DNA of 64,000 nt from Candidatus Hadarchaeota archaeon (GTDB lineage Archaea > Hadarchaeota > Hadarchaeia > Hadarchaeales > JAWBSP01), in NCBI GenBank assembly GCA_964474885.1, contig CAYYWO010000001.1, forward strand, positions 51,480 through 115,479, read 5' to 3'. Made by a program: the position numbers and the translations under genes. The stretch's first letter is position 1; each line of letters begins with the position of its first letter. Shown in pieces: positions 38,855 through 46,920 of the stretch. The notes under the pieces are model-generated. The model had not been told where the DNA came from, searched no databases, and worked only from the letters and a program-made list of their open reading frames with translations.

Positions 38855-39743
38855 GTCTGAAGTAGGGTTCTCTGAGTTGCACTGCCTTTTTTAAGGCGGA
38901 TGATATTTCCTTTCGATCTTGTTTTTTCAGCGCCTCTCTAGCATCCACGAGATTATTATTCCTCAGGAGGCAGGGCTTGAGGAAGCCGTCAGGTGTGACT
39001 CTAAGGCGGAAGCAATTCATACAAAACTGAGGATTGTGCATGGGTTTGACAATTTCTACTACGCAGTTGTCTAGGTAATATTTCTTTCTGAAGTGCATTG
39101 GTCTTGTTTCAACCTTTCTAGCTAACTTGTGAATCTTGTTTTCAACCTCCTTCAGATCCACCCAAAAAGGTTGTAAACCCCTTTTTAGGGGTAAAAGCTC
39201 TATGAGTTGTAGAATAAGACCATATCGAGAGCAAAATTCGATGAAGTGCTCAATCTCTTGGTCATTCACCCCCCGTAGTAGTACCATGTTCACTTTTATT
39301 GGCCGTAGTCCAGCATCTTGAGCGCTTTTTATACCCTCAAGTACATCATCTATGCACCTCCTGCCGGTGATGAGTTTGTATTTATCTGCGGAAAGGGTGG
39401 GCAAGTCCACGTTCACCCTCTTGAGACCAGCATTAGCCAGCCTAGGGGCCAGAGGTGCAAGTAGTGTGCCATTAGTTGTCATGGAAACTTCTAAGTCGGA
39501 CATGCCCTCGATGATCTCACAGATGTCCCTCCGCAGGAGGGGCTCACCTCCGGTGATCTTCACCTCTTTTATTCCTAGCTCCTCTTTAGCCACCGAAGTG
39601 AGTTCACGGATCTCATCGGGACCCAGTTCATCTTTTCTCCTGAGATATCCTTCTGAGTGGCAGAAAAAGCAATTCAGGTTACATCGGTTTGTAACAGAGA
39701 TTCTGAGCCCCCTAACTGGACGGCCGAATCTATCCGTCACCAA
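38802..39743 (-). CDS. moaA: GTP 3',8-cyclase (radical SAM)
   Basis: DRFGR, CNLNCFFCH, TGGEPL, FCMNCFRLRVT, KPCL. Confidence 0.95.
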   Translation of the reverse strand: MVTDRFGRPVRGLRISVTNRCNLNCFFCHSEGYLRRKDELGPDEIRELTSVAKEELGIKEVKITGGEPLLRRDICEIIEGMSDLEVSMTTNGTLLAPLAPRLANAGLKRVNVDLPTLSADKYKLITGRRCIDDVLEGIKSAQDAGLRPIKVNMVLLRGVNDQEIEHFIEFCSRYGLILQLIELLPLKRGLQPFWVDLKEVENKIHKLARKVETRPMHFRKKYYLDNCVVEIVKPMHNPQFCMNCFRLRVTPDGFLKPCLLRNNNLVDAREALKKQDRKEISSALKKAVQLREPYFRPTFQKSESLLASYLPSF

Positions 39744-40920
39744 GCAAGTTCACCTCTATTTTCTCTCCTGCTCTAAGGTATTCAACCTCTGCAGGTATTT
39801 TTACGTACCCATCGGCTTGGCTGAGCAAGTTTATTGAATCAGATCCCTGCCGCATGGGGACGACCTTTCTTCCCTGAAACTTGACTAAAACGAACTCTTC
39901 TTTGCCCTTTTCAGACGGTAAGCTCAGGGCAAGTTCGGCTTTCTTTCTTTTCTCTTTCTCCTTTTTTCCGCAGAGTTCAAGGAGAAAAGGTCTGACAAGT
40001 TCCAGGAACATGAAGAAGGCCGAGAGAGGGTTTCCTGGTAGGGCAAAAACCGGTTTTTCACGAAAAAAGCCGAAAGCAGTAGGTTTCCCAGGTCTGACAG
40101 CTATGCCATGAAAAACAAGAGAAAGAATCCGAGGGACGAGATCGTCCTTGCCAGCGGAAGTCCCCCCCGTTAAGATTATTAGATCACATGAAGAAGCCTT
40201 CCGCAATTTGTCCCCGATTGCATCAGCTTGATCCGGTGCTATCCCACAGTAGGTGACTCCACAACCGATCTTCCTCAGTAGGGCAGAGAGCAAAGGTCCG
40301 TTAATATCAGTTATCTTTCCTGGGGCGAGCGGCTCATTCCAAGAGACAAGTTCGTTGCCCGTGGAAATCAAACCGACCCTCGGTGGTGAGTAAACATTCA
40401 CATAGCGCACACCGCCAGCTGTCAGGAGGCCCAACTCCAGGATACCCAGAACCTGCCCTTCTTTGAGCAAGATGTCCCCCTGCCTTACCCTTGAACCTTT
40501 TTTTGAGACGTTTTCCCAGGGTGCAACGGGTCGGAAGATATAGATCTCCCCATCTTCTTGTACAAATTCGATCGGGACAACTGCATCGGCACCAGGTGGT
40601 AGGGGGGCGCCAGTTTCGATTTTTGCACACTGACCTCCTTGTAGGGAGATTTGGGGCCACTCTCCCGGCTTAATGCTACCAACATGTTCTAACTTGATGG
40701 GCTTTTCTTCATTGGCTCCTACAGTATCTTGCGATTGAACGGCGTACCCGTCTGCACTGGCTCGGTGGAAAGGGGGATGGTCGATCTCTGCTTTCACCTC
40801 ACCGGCGAGAACTTTTCCCACGGCCTCAGTCACGGGGACACATTCAATCCTTGGCTTTATCTTCCAGTGGGTTCTGATAAGTCTCTTCGCCTGTTCAAGG
40901 GAAACAACCCTAAACATCAA
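39730..40920 (-). CDS. moeA: MoeA paralog 2
   Basis: PPF.RA..DGYAV, STGNEL, GGTSAG, RPGKP, LPGNP. Confidence 0.92.
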   Translation of the reverse strand: MMFRVVSLEQAKRLIRTHWKIKPRIECVPVTEAVGKVLAGEVKAEIDHPPFHRASADGYAVQSQDTVGANEEKPIKLEHVGSIKPGEWPQISLQGGQCAKIETGAPLPPGADAVVPIEFVQEDGEIYIFRPVAPWENVSKKGSRVRQGDILLKEGQVLGILELGLLTAGGVRYVNVYSPPRVGLISTGNELVSWNEPLAPGKITDINGPLLSALLRKIGCGVTYCGIAPDQADAIGDKLRKASSCDLIILTGGTSAGKDDLVPRILSLVFHGIAVRPGKPTAFGFFREKPVFALPGNPLSAFFMFLELVRPFLLELCGKKEKEKRKKAELALSLPSEKGKEEFVLVKFQGRKVVPMRQGSDSINLLSQADGYVKIPAEVEYLRAGEKIEVNLLGDG

Positions 40921-40960
40921 ATATCCAGAAGTTCAATATAGAGGCGATGATGATACTGGG

Positions 40961-41404
40961 CTACTGAGTAGATGAAGTAGTCCCAAGCTCCTGAGCCGGC
41001 TTTATAAGTTCCTCTACCGATACTCCGAGCTCCTTGGCTCTTTTGACCAGCTCGCTGAGCTGACTTTTTACCCGCTCCTTCTCGTCGGCCTGCAGAGTTT
41101 CTTTAGAGAAGGTGAGGTTAATCGTGTCCACGGGTCGGAGTTCGAAGAGCTCGGCTTTTACCGAAACGGGCACGAATTCGCCCCTCGGCCCCCTTTCGTA
41201 AACAAGGGTTATCCTAGCGGGCTTGTCGGCAGCCCCTCTTTTGTTCATCTCTTCAATCAACGTCGTTACCATTCTTGTCCAAGCACTTCGGCTCTCTTCT
41301 TTCACAGCGTCAGGTATGTTTTGATTTAGGAAGGCGTAGAACCATCTCTTCATCCTGAAAACAGCCCCTTTCCCTGTTGGGGAAATCCTAAATCTTTGTT
41401 CCAT
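40961..41404 (-). CDS. Hypothetical protein, possibly ThermoDBP-related (DUF2258-like) ssDNA-binding protein
   Basis: Apparent beta-alpha-alpha-beta-beta pattern with RI.L.Y and a C-terminal coiled coil; weak resemblance only. Confidence 0.35.
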   Translation of the reverse strand: MEQRFRISPTGKGAVFRMKRWFYAFLNQNIPDAVKEESRSAWTRMVTTLIEEMNKRGAADKPARITLVYERGPRGEFVPVSVKAELFELRPVDTINLTFSKETLQADEKERVKSQLSELVKRAKELGVSVEELIKPAQELGTTSSTQ

Positions 41405-41457
41405 CTCCTAATATTTTATTGTCCTAAAAATTTTGCTCATAAAATAATGTTGGTTTG

Positions 41458-41709
41458 ATGGAAAGAAGAGAGGATATCCGTCGCTCGGCTGAGGAGATCC
41501 TGCAAGAATTTTTAAGAGTCACAAAAGACCTCCCCCAGCTGGAGGAGAGCTATTATATAACGGCCCCAAGGGGTTCCCGGTTGCGAGAAGATGCCGAACC
41601 CTCTCCAAAGAGCGAACTGGAGGATTTTCGCAAGAGATTTCTGAGTCTCGCTTCCTGTGACGAACTAGGGAACATCCGTGTTGAGGTGGCAAAGTGGAAG
41701 GAACTTTAG
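41458..41709 (+). CDS. gatC: Asp/Glu-tRNA amidotransferase subunit C
   Basis: Small protein with LRED directly upstream of gatA. Confidence 0.75.
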   Translation: MERREDIRRSAEEILQEFLRVTKDLPQLEESYYITAPRGSRLREDAEPSPKSELEDFRKRFLSLASCDELGNIRVEVAKWKEL

Positions 41710-43067
41710 AGAAGCTGAAAGCGATAAAACGGGGAGAAATCCCGGTCGTCGAGCACGTTCAGCAGCAACTGGAAAGAGTAAAGAAAAGAGACAGATGGCT
41801 AAATGCTTTCATTCAGCTGAACCCGAGCGTGCTTCGAGAGGCTGAGGGGATTCAGAACAAACTCAAAAGAGGCGAGAAAGTAGGTCGCTTGTGCGGACTC
41901 ACGGTTGGAATAAAATCCAACATAAATGTCAGAGGGCTCCGGGTTACCTGCGCGTCTAAGACCTTGGAGAATTATGTCTCACCCTTTGATGCCGAGGTGA
42001 TCAAGCGTCTGAGAGCAGAGGATGCTATTATAATCGGGATGCAGAACATGGACGAGTTTGCGTGCGGTTCCAGTGGTGAGACGAGCGCCTTCGGTCCCAC
42101 CCAAAATCCAAAAGCACCTGGTAGGATCCCAGGGGGCTCGAGTTCGGGAGGGGCAGCCTCGGTGGCAGATGGTCTCTGTGATTTGAGTCTGGGAACAGAT
42201 ACCGGAGGTTCGATAAGGAATCCTTGTAGCCATTGTGGTGTAGTCGGTTTGAAGCCCACCTATGGTCTAGTACCGAGGCAGGGACTTATAGATTTGGGGA
42301 TGAGCTTGGATCAGATAGGCCCAATAGCCCCGGATGTTGAGGGGGCCGCGCTGCTCATGGAGGTGATCGCGGGTCGTTCTCCAAATGAGTGCGTCATGTT
42401 GGGTGTCGAGAGACTCGAATTGCTGAAGCAATTGAATGACGACGTCAAAGGAATGAGCATTGGAATAAGCCGGAAATTCGAGGAACTGACGCACCCCGAA
42501 ATAATGCAAGTTATAGACAAAGGGATTGAAACCCTGCGCGATTTGGGATGCAAAATTGTAGAAGTCGAGCTTCCTAACTTGGAGAAGGCTCTTTCCGCTT
42601 ACTACTTGATAGTCTCAGTTGAGTTCTTTTCCGCTACCCGCAAATTTGATGGCAGGAGATACGGTAAGCGAATTGAGGAGGTGTGCGGGGAGGAGGTGCT
42701 GAGGCGAATTCTCAGGGGGGCTTACATCAGCAAAAAAGAGTACAAGGGAAAGTACTACCAGCGCGCTCTCCAGGTTCGTACTCTGATAAGGAAAGAACTC
42801 ATTGCAGCTCTCTCAAAAGTAGATGTTATAGTGGGACCTACTGTACCGAAACTTCCTCACAATTTGGGAGAGAAACTGACGGTCAGTGAAATGTATTCCT
42901 ACGACTATCTCACGGTGCCTGTCAACCTAGCAGGAATTTGTGCTGGTGTTGTACCAGCAGGTGAAACCCAAGGTATACCCGTTGGCCTGCAAGTAATAGG
43001 AAAACCCCTGAGTGAACAGCAAGTGTTGAAGATCATGAGAGCATTTGAAAGATGCAGATCAGGATAG
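41694..43067 (+). CDS. gatA: Asp/Glu-tRNA amidotransferase subunit A
   Basis: Amidase signature NMDEFA, PGGSSSG, GTDTGGSIR. Confidence 0.95.
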   Translation: MEGTLEKLKAIKRGEIPVVEHVQQQLERVKKRDRWLNAFIQLNPSVLREAEGIQNKLKRGEKVGRLCGLTVGIKSNINVRGLRVTCASKTLENYVSPFDAEVIKRLRAEDAIIIGMQNMDEFACGSSGETSAFGPTQNPKAPGRIPGGSSSGGAASVADGLCDLSLGTDTGGSIRNPCSHCGVVGLKPTYGLVPRQGLIDLGMSLDQIGPIAPDVEGAALLMEVIAGRSPNECVMLGVERLELLKQLNDDVKGMSIGISRKFEELTHPEIMQVIDKGIETLRDLGCKIVEVELPNLEKALSAYYLIVSVEFFSATRKFDGRRYGKRIEEVCGEEVLRRILRGAYISKKEYKGKYYQRALQVRTLIRKELIAALSKVDVIVGPTVPKLPHNLGEKLTVSEMYSYDYLTVPVNLAGICAGVVPAGETQGIPVGLQVIGKPLSEQQVLKIMRAFERCRSG

Positions 43068-44428
43068 GTTTCGAGATCCACCAACAGTTGGCAACTAAAA
43101 GGAAGCTTTTCTGCAATTGTCCGACGGATTACCGGGATGCGCCTCCAAACTCAAATGTATGCCCGATCTGCACGGGCATGCCTGGTGCCAAACCTCTTCC
43201 TCCGAACAGAAAGGCAGTGGAGGCGGCAATAGAAATAGGGCTGATTCTGGGCTGTCAGGTGATAACCGATAAGGAAATCTACATCCTAAGGAAGCACTAT
43301 GACTACCCCGATCTCCCCTCTGGTTATCAGAGGACAAGTCAGCCCATAGCCGTGAATGGCAGTCTGGAGGGTGTTAGAATAAGGGAAGTACACCTGGAAG
43401 AAGATCCAGGTCAGTACAATCCAGAGCGTGGTGTGGTTGACTTCAACCGCTCAGGCATTCCGCTCGTTGAAATAGTGACGGAACCCGACATAACTTCCCC
43501 AGAACAGGCGAGGAACTTCTTGAAGGCCCTCTGCAGAACTCTGGAGTACACGGGGAAAGTGAGGCCGGAAGCTGGAGGAGCTGTTAGGGCTGATGTCAAC
43601 ATCTCGTTGGAGGGCGGGGGGAGAGTGGAGATTAAAAACATAAACTCAATCCATGGAGCCTACCGCGCGCTGAAGTTTGAGATCATGAGGCAGAAAACCT
43701 TGCTGGAAAGGGGTGAACAAGTGAAAAGAGAGACGCGAGCGTATTTGGAGGGCCAGATGATAACAGTCCCCATGAGGAAAAAAGAGTGGGAGGAAGATTA
43801 CAGGTACATACCGGATCCAGACCTTTATCCCCTGCTGATCGATCAGCCGACAGTCGACCGGATAAAATCCAGCATGCCGGAGCCCCCACACCTCCGGTGT
43901 CAGCGCCTAGTCCGCGAATTTAACATTCCGCAGCATGTGGCTGAGGTTATCGTAAGCGAGAAAGCACTAGCGGACATGTACGAAGAAACGGCTAAGCAGG
44001 TGAACCCCCAGTTGGCGGCAAAATGGTTCAGGACAAAGCTCAAGAAAGTTTTAAACTACATGAGACTCTTGGCGGAGGAAGTCCCTTTCTCCACGCAACA
44101 GTTGATTCAATTGCTCAAAATGGTTGAGGGGGGAGAGGTAACTCCTGAGCAGGGGGAACTCATCCTGAGAAGGTTGGCTGAAAGCCCCAAAGATCCCCGT
44201 GAACTCGCTAAGGAAATGGGTTTCCAGCTCCTCGCTCCTTCCCAGCTGATTGAAATAGTTGACCAGGTGATAAATGAAAATCCAGCAGCCGTGAAGGACT
44301 ACAAGAGTGGAAAGAAGGAAGCCCTACATTTCCTCGTGGGACAGATTATGAGGCGGGCGAGGATGAGGGCAGATCCTAGAGAGATCTCGAGATTACTTAT
44401 AGAGAAGATAGCAACCTCTGAATTTTGA
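43052..44428 (+). CDS. gatB: Asp/Glu-tRNA amidotransferase subunit B
   Basis: IGFEIH, KLFC, YPDLP, HLEED, DFNRSG.PL.EIVTEPD, DYRY.PDPDL. Confidence 0.96.
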   Translation: MQIRIGFEIHQQLATKRKLFCNCPTDYRDAPPNSNVCPICTGMPGAKPLPPNRKAVEAAIEIGLILGCQVITDKEIYILRKHYDYPDLPSGYQRTSQPIAVNGSLEGVRIREVHLEEDPGQYNPERGVVDFNRSGIPLVEIVTEPDITSPEQARNFLKALCRTLEYTGKVRPEAGGAVRADVNISLEGGGRVEIKNINSIHGAYRALKFEIMRQKTLLERGEQVKRETRAYLEGQMITVPMRKKEWEEDYRYIPDPDLYPLLIDQPTVDRIKSSMPEPPHLRCQRLVREFNIPQHVAEVIVSEKALADMYEETAKQVNPQLAAKWFRTKLKKVLNYMRLLAEEVPFSTQQLIQLLKMVEGGEVTPEQGELILRRLAESPKDPRELAKEMGFQLLAPSQLIEIVDQVINENPAAVKDYKSGKKEALHFLVGQIMRRARMRADPREISRLLIEKIATSEF

Positions 44429-45135
44429 CCGATCCCTCTCATCTGAAGCAGAAAATAAGAGAGGAAATTTGGGGGAGGTTGGAGAGAGAAGGTGTTGCGA
44501 CTTTTCCTAAACCCGTTAGAGGTAAGATTCCCAACTTCAGGGGTAGCGAGGAAGCCGCCCGTATCCTCTGCAATCACCGTTTTTACAGGACTGCTGATGT
44601 CGTCTTCGTGAACCCAGACTCTCCCCAACTCGCCGTTAGGGAGGCAGTGTTGCGTGATGGAAAACAGCTCGTGATGGCCTCTCCCAGACTCAGGCGGGGC
44701 TTCTTGAGGGTACGCGCTCGGGGTGATATCCGTTTTGCGTCTACTATCCGTGGGGCGATGAGGATGGGGGAGAAGGTGGATCCGGCGGAAATCCGGGTCG
44801 ACCTGATGGTAGAAGGTTCGGTTGCCGTTGATAGGCGAGGCGGAAGGATGGGAAAGGGCGGAGGTTTTGGTGATTTGGAGTATGCAATTCTGGCTCAAGT
44901 TAACGCGGTCTCAAATGAAACACCGATAGCTACCACAGTTCATGAGCTCCAGATAGTAGACAGGATACCGATGCTACCGCATGATGTTCCAGTGGATCTC
45001 ATCGTAACCCCCAGAAATTTCCTCGAAACTCCCAAACTTTACGACAAACCACCAGGGATTTTTTGGGAAAGGGTCAGTGAGAAAATGCTTCAGGAAATCC
45101 CATTGCTCCGTGAGATGAGGAAAAAGAAAGAATAA
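44425..45135 (+). CDS. 5-formyltetrahydrofolate cyclo-ligase-like protein (COG0212 type)
   Basis: IPNF.G, VNPDSPQ, GSVAV, GKGGGF.DLEY, HDVPVD. Confidence 0.88.
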   Translation: MTDPSHLKQKIREEIWGRLEREGVATFPKPVRGKIPNFRGSEEAARILCNHRFYRTADVVFVNPDSPQLAVREAVLRDGKQLVMASPRLRRGFLRVRARGDIRFASTIRGAMRMGEKVDPAEIRVDLMVEGSVAVDRRGGRMGKGGGFGDLEYAILAQVNAVSNETPIATTVHELQIVDRIPMLPHDVPVDLIVTPRNFLETPKLYDKPPGIFWERVSEKMLQEIPLLREMRKKKE

Positions 45136-45154
45136 TGTACTTCCCATTTGCTTG

Positions 45155-46360
45155 ATGCTTGACGTAGACGAAGTCCGAAGAGACTTCCCGATCCTTAAAT
45201 CTGGACTCGTTTATCTCGATAACGCCGCTAGCACCCTAACACCAGAGCGGGTTCTGCAGAAAATGTTGGAGTACTACCGGTCTTATCGCGCAAATGTTTT
45301 CAGAGGGGTTCACAGCCTCTCGAGACGGGCAACAGAGGAATATGAACAGACGAGAGAGGAGGTACGCAAATTCATCAATGCCCGACATGTGGAGGAAATA
45401 ATTTTTGTGAAGAATACCACGGAGGGCATTAATTGTGTGGCTAGGGGCCTCTCGTGGGAAAGGGGGGATCGAATAGTTTCAACTATATTGGAACACCACT
45501 CAAACTTGGTTCCATGGCAAAGGGTTGTAAGGGATCATGGGGTCGAGTTAAAGCTCGTGAGGCCTGACCGGCAAGGATACTTCCAGATGGGGGACTTCGA
45601 AGAGGCGATAGACGAACGAACGAGATTGGTGGCGATCAGTCACGTGTCAAATGTTCTGGGTTGCCGCCTCCCAGTTGAGCAGGTGGCTAGGATAGCGAGG
45701 GAGAGGGGCGCCCTTTTGCTTGTAGACGGGGCACAATCGGTGCCGCACATGCCTGTAGATGTACAGGAACTAAAATGCGACTTCCTCGTTTTCTCGGGGC
45801 ACAAAATGCTGGGCCCAACAGGGGTGGGAGTTCTATACGTCCGGAAGGAAGTGCAGGAAGGGCTCGAACCGCTCACAACGGGTGGCGGGATGGTCGAAGA
45901 TGTGGGAGAAAATTGTTACAGTCCGCTACCAGGACCTCATCGTTACGAAGCTGGAACGCCCCCCATAGCTGAGGTCATCGGGCTAGGCGAAGCTATTAGA
46001 TATCTGCAGGAGATTGGACTCCAAAACGTGGCGGCACACGAGAAGAAGCTCACACGGGAGATGTTGTCACTTCTACTCGAATTGGGTGTTGAGGTGTATG
46101 GACCGATGAAGCCGGAGGATAGGATAGGTTTGCTCTCTTTCAATTTGAAGGGCGTGGATCCACATCAGGTGGCTTTGGCTTTGGATCGAAGGAGCATCAT
46201 TGTGAGATCTGGACACCACTGTGCAATACCTCTACACACCCGTCTCCTCAAGGCTCCAAGAGGAAGTGTTCGAGCTTCGGTTTATCTTTACAACGGCCTC
46301 CAAGACGTTGAGAGTTTAATTGATGCCTTGGGGAAAGTAGGTGCTCCGGCCGGGATTTGA
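45155..46360 (+). CDS. sufS: Cysteine desulfurase, SufS type
   Basis: YLDNAAS, EHHSN, DGAQ, SGHKM, RSGHHCA. Confidence 0.93.
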   Translation: MLDVDEVRRDFPILKSGLVYLDNAASTLTPERVLQKMLEYYRSYRANVFRGVHSLSRRATEEYEQTREEVRKFINARHVEEIIFVKNTTEGINCVARGLSWERGDRIVSTILEHHSNLVPWQRVVRDHGVELKLVRPDRQGYFQMGDFEEAIDERTRLVAISHVSNVLGCRLPVEQVARIARERGALLLVDGAQSVPHMPVDVQELKCDFLVFSGHKMLGPTGVGVLYVRKEVQEGLEPLTTGGGMVEDVGENCYSPLPGPHRYEAGTPPIAEVIGLGEAIRYLQEIGLQNVAAHEKKLTREMLSLLLELGVEVYGPMKPEDRIGLLSFNLKGVDPHQVALALDRRSIIVRSGHHCAIPLHTRLLKAPRGSVRASVYLYNGLQDVESLIDALGKVGAPAGI

Positions 46361-46416
46361 ACCCGGGGCGCGAGCTCGAGAGGCTCGCATGTTTGGCCGG
46401 GCTACACCACCGGAGC
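46342..46416 (-). tRNA. tRNA-Glu(CTC)
   Basis: GCTCCGGTGGTGTAGCCCGGCCAAACATGCGAGCCTCTCGAGCTCGCGCCCCGGGTTCAAATCCCGGCCGGAGCA folds as a cloverleaf; no intron. Confidence 0.95.
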
Positions 46417-46448
46417 ATCTTTAATTTTGAATCTCTTACTCATATCTA

Positions 46449-46523
46449 CGGGCCCGGAGGGATTCGAACCCTCGATCTGCGGCTTAGGACGCCGCCGCCC
46501 TGTCCTGGCTAGGCCACGGGCCC
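46449..46523 (-). tRNA. tRNA-Arg(CCT)
   Basis: GGGCCCGTGGCCTAGCCAGGACAGGGCGGCGGCGTCCTAAGCCGCAGATCGAGGGTTCGAATCCCTCCGGGCCCG folds as a cloverleaf. Confidence 0.93.
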
Positions 46524-46564
46524 CATCACAATCCTTTTAAGCACATAAAATGAGATGCGTAAGC

Positions 46565-46900
46565 ATGGGCATAGCAAGAGCATTGGGGGCAGCATTGTTC
46601 ATTGTTTGCGCAGTGATAATAGTGTTGTACGCGATCTATCTGACAACTTCTCTCTGGGACTTCATAGACGAGTACGTACCCAGCTGGTTACGGGGAGCTC
46701 GCAACTGGCCCCTGTGGATCGGTGTACCAGTGATAATAGGAGTTTGGGCGGTCTGCGGCATTGGCGCTTGGTTAGGATGGATAATGGCAACCACTAAAGA
46801 ACCCGCACCGATTCCAGAAGTTACTGAGGAGAAGAAGGAGGAAGAAGAAAAGGTAGAAGTAAGAAAGGAGAAACCCGCTAGAGGAAGAAAGAGGAAGTAG
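46565..46900 (+). CDS. Small two-TM membrane protein with a charged C-terminal tail
   Basis: Two hydrophobic helices, W.GWIMATT.EP and an E/K-rich tail; ends 20 bp before aglB. Confidence 0.7.
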   Translation: MGIARALGAALFIVCAVIIVLYAIYLTTSLWDFIDEYVPSWLRGARNWPLWIGVPVIIGVWAVCGIGAWLGWIMATTKEPAPIPEVTEEKKEEEEKVEVRKEKPARGRKRK

Positions 46901-46920
46901 TCCAGTCGCCCCCAATTTTG

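Noticed and set aside
46450-46475. Identical ~26-nt 3' segment in tRNA-Arg and tRNA-Ile as att sites of an integrated element
   Set aside because: Both are complete tRNAs in inverted orientation, with core genes between them and no integrase.
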